Source: Gammaproteobacteria bacterium (GTDB lineage: Bacteria > Pseudomonadota > Gammaproteobacteria > Eutrophobiales > Eutrophobiaceae). Taken from it: a stretch of 64,000 nt of DNA. The stretch is from the NCBI GenBank assembly GCA_965116495.1, contig OZ220696.1, positions 1,792,001 through 1,856,000 on the forward strand. Direction: 5' to 3'. Made by a program: the position numbers and the translations under genes. Shown here one piece after another: positions 10,273-19,485 of this stretch (positions within the stretch are counted from its first letter, which is position 1; each line of letters begins with the position of its first letter). Below the pieces are notes generated by a model. That model saw nothing but the letters and a program-made list of their open reading frames with translations. It was not told the origin of the DNA and made no database searches.

Positions 10273-11289
10273 TCAGCCAAGCAACGTATCGGTCAACCTG
10301 TCCTCAAACGCCTGAATGTCTCGCCACTTCGTGGCGCAATGGACGTTGCGGCCGTTCCGGCTGTCCACCACGGTGTAGCCGTCATCAGTGACGCGCAGGG
10401 GCAGGTCTACCATCACCAGGAATTCCTGTGACCAGGCTGCATGGACGGCAACGGTATCGAACAGGGTCGTGCTGATCAGGCCCAGGTCCGTTCCCGGTTT
10501 TATGAAAGGCGCCAGGGGCAACCAGAGCCGGTAGTTCTCGACCAGGGCCTTGAGCCAGGGGTCTTCGCTACGATAGATCCTCTGGTAATTCTCACCGGAC
10601 ACCGTAACGATGCCGCAGGTATCCAGCGGCGTGATGGTGCAATCCCAGGGGGCGGCAAATACCTGTTGCAATGCCGCGGGGTTTGACTTGACGTTCCATT
10701 CCGCCGCCGGTGTGGGCGCCCCGTCGTAACCCTTGTAGATGGAACCGTGCATGCCCACGAAACGCGCATTGTACGCAATGGACGGCTCCCGCCTGAGAGC
10801 CTCGGCGATATTCGGAACGGGACCGATACAGAGCAATGTAACCGGTTCCGGGGATTGTCTTGTGGTATCGATCAGGGCCTGGACTCCATCACGGTACACC
10901 TTGCCCGGATAGTCTTCCAGCCGGTAGTCCCCTATCCATTCACTTTGCAGGCCCGCATTATCGTCCGCGTCAAGTCCCACTCCGACAGGTATATGAGTAT
11001 GACCGGTCAGTTCCAGCAGCTTTGCGAACAAACGGCAACGGTAGATGGCATTGCCGAAATCGCTTAGCACGAGTTTCACGTCGAACTGCGGTGAGCGCAA
11101 CAGCATCAGCAACGCCCAGGTATCGTCTATATCGTCGCCGATGTCGGAATCGAGTATGACGGGTATCCTGCGTCCGTGTGCGTCGGGCAAGAACTGATTG
11201 CCGGCAGCTCGGGCCAGATACGGAGGAAGCGCCCCGCCGGCAAGAAGCGCCAGTGACGTATTGAGAAATGAGCGTCTGGTTACAGTCAT
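10273..11289 (-). CDS. Tat-exported nucleoside hydrolase (IU-NH family)
   Basis: TRRSFL twin-arginine signal; DSDIGDDIDD metal motif, IGPVPN, AEWN. Confidence 0.88.
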   Translation of the reverse strand: MTVTRRSFLNTSLALLAGGALPPYLARAAGNQFLPDAHGRRIPVILDSDIGDDIDDTWALLMLLRSPQFDVKLVLSDFGNAIYRCRLFAKLLELTGHTHIPVGVGLDADDNAGLQSEWIGDYRLEDYPGKVYRDGVQALIDTTRQSPEPVTLLCIGPVPNIAEALRREPSIAYNARFVGMHGSIYKGYDGAPTPAAEWNVKSNPAALQQVFAAPWDCTITPLDTCGIVTVSGENYQRIYRSEDPWLKALVENYRLWLPLAPFIKPGTDLGLISTTLFDTVAVHAAWSQEFLVMVDLPLRVTDDGYTVVDSRNGRNVHCATKWRDIQAFEDRLTDTLLG

Positions 11290-11303
11290 GTGAACGAAAA
11301 AAA

Positions 11304-11328
11304 GGGGACAGATTCAAAATCTGTCCCC
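11304..11328. repeat. Family B palindrome
   Basis: GGGGACAGATTCAAAATCTGTCCCC. Confidence 0.85.
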
Positions 11329-11356
11329 AATCATACTCGTCTGAATGTGGAAAGGG

Positions 11357-13669
11357 TCAGAAGCTGTACCTGGCCTCGCCGCCCCAGATTCTCGGCTGGT
11401 TGACGTAGCCGAGGTTGTTGGCGAAATCGATACCGCCGATGGGATTATGCTCATTGGTAAGATTTCGGGCAAACAGGCCGATCTCGAAATTTCTGACCGT
11501 ATCGCGATAACCGAGCCTCAACCCGCCTTCAAACTGCGTCCCGAAGGTAAACTCAATGCTCTCATAGAGGAAGTCACTGGTCTTGCCTTTCAGCTTCCAG
11601 TCGGTGTACAGGTACAGTTCAGTGCCGTTTGCCAGGGGATGGGTATAGTCCAGCTCCAGGTTCGCGGTCCACTTCGGCGCATGCTGGAACGGGTTACCGT
11701 CAATCAACACATACGGTTTTCCCCTGGGGTCTAAAACGACGTTACCATCTTCATCCACTTGAGGTGGGTCCAGTGCAGTACAAATATTGCACACCGCTAT
11801 CGCCAGTTCATTATCATTGATCTCCGTCTTGTTGTAGCCGAAACCGGCAGACAGGACAAGGTTTTCAGTCATTACAAGATCAAGGTCAAACTCAACACCA
11901 TAACCTACGCCTTCATCAGCATTTGTCAGAGATGTTCTGTTAGCAACGCCGCCGACAAAGACCAACTGTATATCATCGATATCATAATAGAAGGCCGCCA
12001 CGTTCAACCGAACCTTCTCGAACAACGCTTTGTAGCCGATTTCGTAAGACATAATAGTCTCAGAGTCGGTGACCGTAATTTCAGTATCTTCCTCAAGGCG
12101 ATCCGCTAAAGTAGGCGCCCGAAAACCGGAAGCTGCACGAGCGTAAACCTGCGCATCATCGCCGATAGCATAAGCCAGCGACACGTCCCAACTCACTTTA
12201 TCATCACTCAGGTCGATCGGATCAAGCGGCCCGATGGGAATTGGAGGTCCTCCGCTGACTTTGACATGTTGACCATCTTTTTCATCGTCTGTGTAGCGCA
12301 CCCCTGCGGTCAGCGTCAACTGCTCGGTTACGTCGTAGGAGCCCTGGCCGAACACCGCCCAGGTTGTGTTTTCAATAAGTGAAGTAGACCCCACTATGAA
12401 CTCCGTAGCAGCGACACTTTGATTCTGCGAGATGCTGTTGATTTCATCTTCAAAGTAAAAAGCCCCGAACTGGTAGTTGAACGGACCGCCCAGGTTACTC
12501 GCGATGCGTATTTCTTGGGTAATCTGCTCTACGGTCTGATCGCCGCCGGTATCGACGTCAACAACAAAAGGTGAAGCAGCGGGGTTAAAAGGCGTGCTGG
12601 GCGGACCGAACGGACCATGCGGCCCCGGTGCCACATCTCCACAAGCAAATCCCAACAGGCAGCCATACCCACCGTCGATGTCACCGCGGGCAAACCGATC
12701 ATAAATATCCTGGTAAGACGTGATCGAGGTAAGCGTATGGTTGCCCACATCCCAGTCCAGTTTCAGGGTCACGCCGAAACTTTTTATTTTTGCCGGGTTG
12801 TTGTTACCGCCGTCGAACCACACGGTATCACGTTTGTAGTTGTCATTCAGCTTGTTACTGCCCTGGTCAAAAATATTGGCGCGGAACAGTGAAGCGGAAT
12901 TACCGCCCTGGTCCTGATGCTGGTACAGGAGCAAGGCGCTGAAATCATCCGAAGGAGTCCACAGCAACTGGGCGCGCCCAGCAAAAATATCAAACCCGCC
13001 CATGGCGTCGTCTTCGCCGGTGTAGGCGTTATTGACCCAGTTCGAGCGATGCTGGGTCAGGAACGAGAGGCGGCCCATCAAGGTGCCCTCTACCAGTGTT
13101 CCGCCGATGGCGCCTTCCACGTTGACCGTGCCCTTGTTACCGCCGGACGCCTTGATATAGCCTTCCGTCTCCTCGGTGGGACGGCGCGAATCGAACTTGA
13201 TGATGCCTGCCGTAGTGTTGCGTCCGAACAGGGTGCCCTGGGGGCCGCGAATAACCTCTATGTCATCGAGGTCGAAGATGGGAAATGATTTGAGAGAGGC
13301 CTTCTCCATTGGCACTTCGTCAAACACGATGGATACCGGTTGCGAAGCGGCCGCGGTAAAGTCGGCATTGCCCAGACCCCGCATGTAGAAGCGCGGCGAC
13401 AGCCGGCCGTTGGAACTCTCCACGTGCAGGCCCGGCACCGTGCTGGCCAGGGCCAGGATATCCTCTCCGCCGGTGAACTTGGACTCTAGCCTCTGCCCGG
13501 ACAGCCTGGAGATTGAGATGGGAACATCCTGAATATTTTGCTCACGTTTTTGTGCGGTCACCACGATCTCTTCGAGTATCGCCTGCGCGCTTGCCGGTGT
13601 TCCGGCAACTGACAACAGCGTGAAGAGAGCCAGACAGGAAAATGGCTTGCAGGTTTTTATATCGATCAT
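11357..13669 (-). CDS. TonB-dependent receptor
   Basis: Signal peptide, LEEIVVTAQKREQ TonB box, IEVIRGPQGTLFGRN plug motif, terminal Phe (ARYSF). Confidence 0.95.
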   Translation of the reverse strand: MIDIKTCKPFSCLALFTLLSVAGTPASAQAILEEIVVTAQKREQNIQDVPISISRLSGQRLESKFTGGEDILALASTVPGLHVESSNGRLSPRFYMRGLGNADFTAAASQPVSIVFDEVPMEKASLKSFPIFDLDDIEVIRGPQGTLFGRNTTAGIIKFDSRRPTEETEGYIKASGGNKGTVNVEGAIGGTLVEGTLMGRLSFLTQHRSNWVNNAYTGEDDAMGGFDIFAGRAQLLWTPSDDFSALLLYQHQDQGGNSASLFRANIFDQGSNKLNDNYKRDTVWFDGGNNNPAKIKSFGVTLKLDWDVGNHTLTSITSYQDIYDRFARGDIDGGYGCLLGFACGDVAPGPHGPFGPPSTPFNPAASPFVVDVDTGGDQTVEQITQEIRIASNLGGPFNYQFGAFYFEDEINSISQNQSVAATEFIVGSTSLIENTTWAVFGQGSYDVTEQLTLTAGVRYTDDEKDGQHVKVSGGPPIPIGPLDPIDLSDDKVSWDVSLAYAIGDDAQVYARAASGFRAPTLADRLEEDTEITVTDSETIMSYEIGYKALFEKVRLNVAAFYYDIDDIQLVFVGGVANRTSLTNADEGVGYGVEFDLDLVMTENLVLSAGFGYNKTEINDNELAIAVCNICTALDPPQVDEDGNVVLDPRGKPYVLIDGNPFQHAPKWTANLELDYTHPLANGTELYLYTDWKLKGKTSDFLYESIEFTFGTQFEGGLRLGYRDTVRNFEIGLFARNLTNEHNPIGGIDFANNLGYVNQPRIWGGEARYSF

Positions 13670-13699
13670 TAATTGTCTCCCGGCAATATTCTTACCACG

Positions 13700-13837
13700 G
13701 CGTAATGTGATTTTGTATTACGCTACTTTAATATCCGCGTTAATGGGGAATTAACGCGCAAATGAATAACGTTCTGGGTGTATATCATATATGTTGGTTG
13801 GTGTAACGCGAATTATTGTAAAAATTCTGTTTTTACA
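13700..13837. promoter_or_regulatory. Three palindromic operator-like sites upstream of the TBDR
   Basis: GCGTAAT-N10-ATTACGC (13700-13723), CGCGTTAAT-N5-ATTAACGCG (13736-13758) and TGTAAAAA-N5-TTTTTACA (13817-13837) in an AT-rich intergenic region. Confidence 0.5.
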
Positions 13838-13847
13838 CGAAGGATTT

Positions 13848-13874
13848 CTGGTTTCCGGCTTGCGCCGGTACGAC
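13848..13874. repeat. Family D REP-like palindrome (degenerate)
   Basis: CTGGTTTCCGGCTTGCGCCGGTACGAC, matching copies at 14484 and 58327. Confidence 0.7.
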
Positions 13875-13905
13875 GGACGGGTAGCGGAACGGCGGGGTGG
13901 ATTGC

Positions 13906-14457
13906 TTACGCCCGGACCTGGCGCCCTGTCAGGGCATCACGGATTTTACTGGGTCTGGGGTCGCGGCCAACGTTGCCCTGGACATAGCAGTCTACGTCAC
14001 GGCCGAAATAGGCTCGCACGCGTCGCTGTGTTCCGGCGGGCCGGCAGCCGGACGGATTCGCGCTGGTGGAGACGAGCACGCCGGCTTCATCGCACAAGCG
14101 CCGCACAACGGGGTGTGCGGATACGCGCACGGCCAGGGTTTCATGGCGGCCCGTCAGCCAGCTCGGCGTACCGGGTAGTGCGGGTATCAACCAGGTGACC
14201 GGACCCGGCCATGAACGGGTAATCTCATCCAGCCGCGCTACCCGGGAAAAATCCACCAACGCGGACAACTGCCGGATACTCGAGGCTACGACGATCAAAC
14301 CCTTGTCGGCGTGCCGCCGTTTCAAACGCAGTACTTTCGCCACCGCTGCTTCATTCCAGGGGTTGCAGCCCAGGCCCATCACCGCCTCCGTGGGGTAGGC
14401 AATGACACCGCCGTTGTCCAGCACCTGGCGCGCGTATTTGACGTGCCAGCTTTTCAA
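13906..14457 (-). CDS. tsaC: L-threonylcarbamoyladenylate synthase (YrdC/Sua5)
   Basis: IAYPTEAVMGLGC, LKRR, WPGP and STSAN motifs. Confidence 0.93.
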   Translation of the reverse strand: MKSWHVKYARQVLDNGGVIAYPTEAVMGLGCNPWNEAAVAKVLRLKRRHADKGLIVVASSIRQLSALVDFSRVARLDEITRSWPGPVTWLIPALPGTPSWLTGRHETLAVRVSAHPVVRRLCDEAGVLVSTSANPSGCRPAGTQRRVRAYFGRDVDCYVQGNVGRDPRPSKIRDALTGRQVRA

Positions 14458-14483
14458 TGCGTATTACTCAACTGATAGCTTCT

Positions 14484-14511
14484 CTGGATTCCGGCTTGCG
14501 CCGGAATGACG
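14484..14511. repeat. Family D REP-like palindrome
   Basis: CTGGATTCCGGCTTGCGCCGGAATGACG; the reverse strand reads VIPAQAGIQ. Confidence 0.88.
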
Positions 14512-14610
14512 AGTGGCGGACCTGCGAGTGATGGACCTGCGAGTGGCGGACCTGCGAGTGGCCGTGCTGCGAGTGGCGGACCTGCGAGTAGCAGTGCTGC
14601 GAGTGGCGGC
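14511..14610. repeat. 15-bp tandem repeat (GAGTGGCGGACCTGC, ~6.7 copies)
   Basis: Six full units plus a partial unit, period 15, starting at the end of the family D REP. Confidence 0.9.
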
Positions 14611-14654
14611 GCGATGGGTGGCGTAATGATGATCGGCCTGGACTTCAATATGGA

Positions 14655-15167
14655 TCAGCCAGCCAGTTGCTCCTGCAACGCCGCATCCTTTTCCAGGACC
14701 GTCCGGGTCATCTGTTTCCGTTCGGACGCAATGGTTTCGGCCAGGTGCGCGTCCTGCAAGGCTAGGATTTGCGCGGCCAGGTAGGCCGCGTTTTTTGCCC
14801 CTGCCTTACCGATGGCGACGGTGCCGACCGGGATCCCTCCCGGCATCTGTACGGTCGCCAGCAATGCATCAATGCCGCTTAACGGACCCGCGTCCAGGGG
14901 CACACCGATGACCGGTTTCGTTGTCGTTGCGGCCACGGCGCCGGCCAGGTGCGCCGCCAGGCCGGCGGCGGCGATAAATACTGCGCAGCCCCTGGCCTCT
15001 GCATCTTTTATGTAGGTGCGGGTTGCTTCAGGAGTACGGTGTGCGGAGGTAATTTTCACTTCCTTCGTTATGGAGAATTTATCCAGAACCTCCAGCGTGG
15101 AACGTATGACGGGCAGATCGGAATCCGATCCCATCAGAATAGCTACAAACGGTTTATTTTCACTCAT
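14655..15167 (-). CDS. purE: N5-carboxyaminoimidazole ribonucleotide mutase
   Basis: [34 protein letters not shown]. Confidence 0.97.
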   Translation of the reverse strand: MSENKPFVAILMGSDSDLPVIRSTLEVLDKFSITKEVKITSAHRTPEATRTYIKDAEARGCAVFIAAAGLAAHLAGAVAATTTKPVIGVPLDAGPLSGIDALLATVQMPGGIPVGTVAIGKAGAKNAAYLAAQILALQDAHLAETIASERKQMTRTVLEKDAALQEQLAG

Positions 15168-15189
15168 TTTTCTTTCTCACCTCAGTATG

Positions 15190-15217
15190 TCGGGGACGGA
15201 TTTAAATCCGTCCCCGA
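15190..15217. repeat. Family B perfect palindrome
   Basis: TCGGGGACGGATTTAAATCCGTCCCCGA. Confidence 0.9.
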
Positions 15218-15234
15218 ACGACTCACAGTAAGCG

Positions 15235-17682
15235 TTATCTCGATTTTCCCTTCTGGCGCCGGCGTCCGGCAGGGGCAGCGGCGATCAGGTCCCGACAGTC
15301 TTTCAGGGTAAGGTCGCCTGCTTCCCTGTCCTTGGGGATTTTCACGTTTTTCTTCCCATCGGTAATATACGGCCCAAAGCGCCCGTTCAGGATCGATATG
15401 CCCTCTTTTTCGAACACCTTGATGTATTTTTCGGCATCGGCCGCTTTCTTCTCCTGCACCAGGACCAGTGCCCGCGGCAAATCTATCGTGTAGGGATCAT
15501 CCTCTTCTTTCAGCGAGACAAACTTGTTGTCATAGCGCACATAAGGGCCATAGCGGCCGATATTGACGCTGATCTTCTCGCCGTCTTCAGTCATGCCCAG
15601 TTCCCTGGGCAGGCGAAACAGTTCCAGCGCCTGTTCCATACTGATGGTATCCATGCGCTGGTCGTTGCGCAGGCTGGCAAATTTCGGTTCCTCCGCATCA
15701 TCCTTTGTGCCGACTTGAACATACGGCCCGTAACGTCCCATCCGCACCGAAACAAGCCGGTCGGTAGCCGGCTCATTGCCCAGAACCCGCGGGCTCACCG
15801 CCTCACTGCGGCTTACCCCGCCTTCCTTGTCTTTAATCCGTGCCGAGAACGGTTCCCAGAACTCCTTCATCAGCGGACGCCATTCCTTCTCTCCCCTGGA
15901 TACGGCATCCAGTTCATCTTCCAGTTTTGCAGTAAAGTCGTAATCGACGTAACTGGTAAAGTGCTCAGTCAGGAATTTGTTTACGACCCGCCCTACGTCG
16001 GTGGGAACAAAACGTTTGCTGCTCATCTCCACGTAGTCACGGTTGCGCAACGTTGAAATGATGGCGGCATAGGTTGACGGCCGGCCGATACCGTACTCTT
16101 CCAGGGTCTTGACCAGGGTGGCCTCGGAAAAACGCGGGGGAGGTTCGGTAAAATGCTGCTCAGGCCGTATTTTCAACAACGTGGCCTCATCACCTGTCTG
16201 CATGGCGGGTAGCTTTCTGTCGGCGGGGTCACCCGTCTGCCCCTGTCTCTGGTCGTCTTTTCCTTCCGTGTAAAGCACCGTAAAACCTTTTTTAACTACG
16301 GTGGAGCCGTTGGCGCGCAATTGCGCAGCGCCGCCGCAAGCAAAATCAACTGCAACCGTGTCTATAACTGCATGGGCCATCTGGCTGGCCAGTGCCCGTT
16401 TCCAGATTAAATCATACAACCTGAATTGATCCTTGGATAACTTCGACCTGATCTGCTGCGGGGCGCGGGATACGGAAGTCGGACGGATCGCCTCGTGCGC
16501 CTCCTGGGCGTTTTTCGACCTGGTCTTAAAGCGACGGGGTTTATCAGGCAGATATTCAGCTCCATACTTGTTTCCTATGAAACTCCGCATCTCGTTGATT
16601 GCTTCTGCAGCCAGGCTGACCGAGTCAGTCCTCATATAAGTAATAAGGCCAACCGCGCCTTCGCCGGTATCTATACCCTCGTATAACTGCTGCGCGATGC
16701 GCATGGTCTGCTGTGCGGTGAGGCCCAGCTTCCTGACGGCCTCCATTTGCAGCGTCGAGGTGATAAACGGCGGCGCCGGTTGGCGCTTGCGCTGTTTGCG
16801 GTCGACCTTGCTTACGAGCAGTACGCCCTTGTTTCCGGCGCCGGCGTCGGACCGTTCCTCCCCGCGTACAACGCGACCTGCCTGGCCGGCGGCATTGCTT
16901 TCCAGCACCCGGGCGACCTGAAGCGCACGTTGTTCATCCGTGATGCTGAATTGCTCGACTTTCTCATCATCGTAGCGGACCAGCCGCGCCGTAAAATCCA
17001 TCCCCGAGCGCCTGAGATCGGCCTCGATAGTCCAGTATTCACGAGTCTTGAAGCGTTCTATCTCCTCTTCACGCTCGACGATCATCCTGAGCGCCGGGCT
17101 CTGAACCCGCCCGGCGGACAAGCCCGTGCGGATCTTCTTCCATAACAGCGGGGACAGGTTGAAACCGACCAGGTAGTCCAGGGCGCGCCGTGCCTGCTGG
17201 GCGTCGATCAGGTCCCGGGACAATTCGCCGGGACTGCTTAGCGCCTTCAACACCGCACCTTTCGTGACTTCATGGAATACCACGCGCTTCACCTCTTTTC
17301 GTTTTAGCGCGCCGCGGGCCTTGAGCAGTTCATACAGGTGCCAGGATATGGCTTCACCTTCTCTGTCCGGATCAGTAGCCAGGTAAAGAAAGTCACATTT
17401 CTTCAGCGCCCGGGCAATGGCATCCACTGAACGAGCATTTCTGTCAATGATTTCATAGTCCATAGCAAAATTGTTTTCCGGGTCAACCGCGCCGGATTTC
17501 GGCTTCAGGTCGCGCACGTGGCCATTGGACGCCATGACGGTATATGCTATGGGAGCAAGGTCCGTTTCCGCATATTGTATGGGAGCAAGGTCCGTTTCCG
17601 CACGTTGCCCGTCCACACGCAGGTAGCGATTCAGGGTTCTGGCTTTTGCAGGAGATTCAACTATAACAAGTGCCGCAGTCAT
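15235..17682 (-). CDS. topA: DNA topoisomerase I (C-terminal Toprim_C repeats, no Zn ribbons) with in-frame insertions
   Basis: IVESPAK, ATDPDREGE, SAGRVQS, ITYMRTDS, AHEAIRP; three G(R)xGPY repeats at the C-terminus. Confidence 0.97.
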   Translation of the reverse strand: MTAALVIVESPAKARTLNRYLRVDGQRAETDLAPIQYAETDLAPIAYTVMASNGHVRDLKPKSGAVDPENNFAMDYEIIDRNARSVDAIARALKKCDFLYLATDPDREGEAISWHLYELLKARGALKRKEVKRVVFHEVTKGAVLKALSSPGELSRDLIDAQQARRALDYLVGFNLSPLLWKKIRTGLSAGRVQSPALRMIVEREEEIERFKTREYWTIEADLRRSGMDFTARLVRYDDEKVEQFSITDEQRALQVARVLESNAAGQAGRVVRGEERSDAGAGNKGVLLVSKVDRKQRKRQPAPPFITSTLQMEAVRKLGLTAQQTMRIAQQLYEGIDTGEGAVGLITYMRTDSVSLAAEAINEMRSFIGNKYGAEYLPDKPRRFKTRSKNAQEAHEAIRPTSVSRAPQQIRSKLSKDQFRLYDLIWKRALASQMAHAVIDTVAVDFACGGAAQLRANGSTVVKKGFTVLYTEGKDDQRQGQTGDPADRKLPAMQTGDEATLLKIRPEQHFTEPPPRFSEATLVKTLEEYGIGRPSTYAAIISTLRNRDYVEMSSKRFVPTDVGRVVNKFLTEHFTSYVDYDFTAKLEDELDAVSRGEKEWRPLMKEFWEPFSARIKDKEGGVSRSEAVSPRVLGNEPATDRLVSVRMGRYGPYVQVGTKDDAEEPKFASLRNDQRMDTISMEQALELFRLPRELGMTEDGEKISVNIGRYGPYVRYDNKFVSLKEEDDPYTIDLPRALVLVQEKKAADAEKYIKVFEKEGISILNGRFGPYITDGKKNVKIPKDREAGDLTLKDCRDLIAAAPAGRRRQKGKSR
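17548..17602. repeat. 30-nt-period in-frame duplication inside topA
   Basis: TATGGGAGCAAGGTCCGTTTCCGCA is identical at 17548-17572 and 17578-17602 and encodes AETDLAPI twice. Confidence 0.92.
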
Positions 17683-17700
17683 AATTATTTTTCTGGTTTA

Positions 17701-18837
17701 TTATTTTTTACACTTACCGCGTATATACGAACCTGGCGCGACAGTCGTAATCAATCCGCCCAGTTCCAGAGTTAACAGTTTGCCCAATATGTCCCCCATT
17801 TCGAGTTCCGTCCTGTCAACGATATCATCCAGGCTCGTCGGTTCATATCCTATATTATCAAGCAGGACTTTTTCCTGTTCGTCAAGTCCGTTTATATTTT
17901 CGGGCTGCACAGCGGCCGCCGCGGGGGAAGTCCCGGTGGGGCGCCGGAACTGGCCGAGCGCGGCAAAAATATCTTCGACATGCTGCGCCAGTCCTGCGCC
18001 ATCTCGCAATAAACCATGACAACCCCGCTTGACGGGATTCCTGATGGAACCCGGCACGGCAAAAACCTCCCGGTTCTGTTCCAGGGCATGTCTTGCCGTG
18101 ATCAGCGAACCGCTGTTATGCGCCGCCTCCACGACCAGGACGCCGGCACTGAGGCCGCTGATGATCCGGTTGCGGCGCGGAAAGTTTCCGGCAAAAGGCC
18201 GCCAGGACAGCGGAAATTCAGACACCAGCGCCCCATCTTCACTGATTTTACCGGCCAGTCCGGTATTGGCCTTCGGGTAAATGCAATCCAGCCCGCTGCC
18301 TAACACCGCCACCGTCCTGCCCCGGTGCGCCAGTACGCCTCTGTGGGCTTCGGTATCTATCCCATGAGCCAGTCCGCTGGTCACGGTAATTCCCTGTTTT
18401 GCCAGTTCTGCGGCAAAATACCCGGCGTCCTTGCGGCCGTCAATGGTCGGTTTTCGACTCCCGACAACGGCAACCTGCAGATCGGACAGGACCTCCGGGT
18501 CGCCATGCACGAACAGACACAGCGGAGGCGCCGGTATCTGTTTCAACAAAGCCGGATAATGCGGGCTGTCCAGCGGGATCAGGTGATGACGCGGGCGTTC
18601 CAGATACTTGAGTTCACGATCAATCTCCTGCCAATCGGGTTTACGCAGGCATTCCAGTACTGTCGGCGCCAGGTGTGAATGATTTATGACCCCGGCCTCA
18701 GCTGCATCGATCACAGCGTCCGCAGTCCCGAAACTCTCCAGCAATTGAGGCAGGTTGTGCTCAGCCAGGGCACCTGCGTGCACCATGACCAGCCAGGAAC
18801 GCAGTTGGGAATTATAACAAGGCCCGTCCATGAGCAT
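17701..18837 (-). CDS. dprA: DNA-processing protein DprA
   Basis: VAVVGSR, SGLAHGID, FPRRNRIISGLS, SGSLITA, VFAVPG. Confidence 0.95.
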   Translation of the reverse strand: MLMDGPCYNSQLRSWLVMVHAGALAEHNLPQLLESFGTADAVIDAAEAGVINHSHLAPTVLECLRKPDWQEIDRELKYLERPRHHLIPLDSPHYPALLKQIPAPPLCLFVHGDPEVLSDLQVAVVGSRKPTIDGRKDAGYFAAELAKQGITVTSGLAHGIDTEAHRGVLAHRGRTVAVLGSGLDCIYPKANTGLAGKISEDGALVSEFPLSWRPFAGNFPRRNRIISGLSAGVLVVEAAHNSGSLITARHALEQNREVFAVPGSIRNPVKRGCHGLLRDGAGLAQHVEDIFAALGQFRRPTGTSPAAAAVQPENINGLDEQEKVLLDNIGYEPTSLDDIVDRTELEMGDILGKLLTLELGGLITTVAPGSYIRGKCKK

Positions 18838-18853
18838 AACAGTCCCTACTTTG

Positions 18854-19291
18854 TCAACCTGCGAAAGCCCTTACAACCGGTATCAACTCGAGGGCTACCA
18901 GCAAGCCAATCAATGCGAATAAAAAATTTAACCGGGTTTCCAAGCCATCAACCCTCGTATGAAGCGCCTTGACTTCTCCTTCCAATCTTTGGATATCCTC
19001 CTTGGTGGAAGTTTCCAACTTTCGGATATCCTCCTTGGTGGAAGTTTCCAACTTTCGGATATCCTCCTTGGTGGAAATTCCCAACTTTCGGATATCCTCC
19101 TTGGTGGAAGTTCCCAACTTTCGGATATCCTCCTTGGTGGAAGTTCCCAACTTTCGGATATCCTCCTTGGTGGCAAGTTGTTCACCCATTTCATCAGCCA
19201 GCGCCCGCGCCAAGGCATTGGCCTGCTCTGCCGCGAACCCCGAGGTCTGTAACCTCTCTGAAAAACGCAAAGTATCAATCACCGTGTTCAC
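18854..19291 (-). CDS. DUF1640/CCDC90-like membrane-anchored coiled-coil protein with 11-aa repeats
   Basis: GGGAGG RBS; head IDTLRFSERLQTSGFAAEQANAL, ATKEDI neck, TKEDI six times at 11-aa spacing, C-terminal hydrophobic helix. Confidence 0.8.
   Translation of the reverse strand: MNTVIDTLRFSERLQTSGFAAEQANALARALADEMGEQLATKEDIRKLGTSTKEDIRKLGTSTKEDIRKLGISTKEDIRKLETSTKEDIRKLETSTKEDIQRLEGEVKALHTRVDGLETRLNFLFALIGLLVALELIPVVRAFAG
18981..19173. repeat. 33-bp coding tandem repeat (~6 copies)
   Basis: GGATATCCTCCTTGGTGG starts at 18991, 19024, 19057, 19090, 19123 and 19156. Confidence 0.95.
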
Positions 19292-19485
19292 TCGTTATCC
19301 TCCCTGATATAGCTGTTTCTGAACTAAGGAAAGGCCCGCAAAGACATCCCTTGCGGAATGTTGGAAGTGTAAGCCCGGGCGCTCCTCAGAGTCAAGCAAA
19401 GATCTGCATTGCATCCAGCGTTTTTTTTATGGATAATGGCCCAATATCTACGCCGTTGACGTGGCGGCAAATGAGCAAACATTCG

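Noticed and set aside
18981-19173. 33-bp periodic repeat as a CRISPR array
   Set aside because: Units are contiguous with no unique spacers, lie in frame within a CDS with a good RBS, and no cas genes are present.
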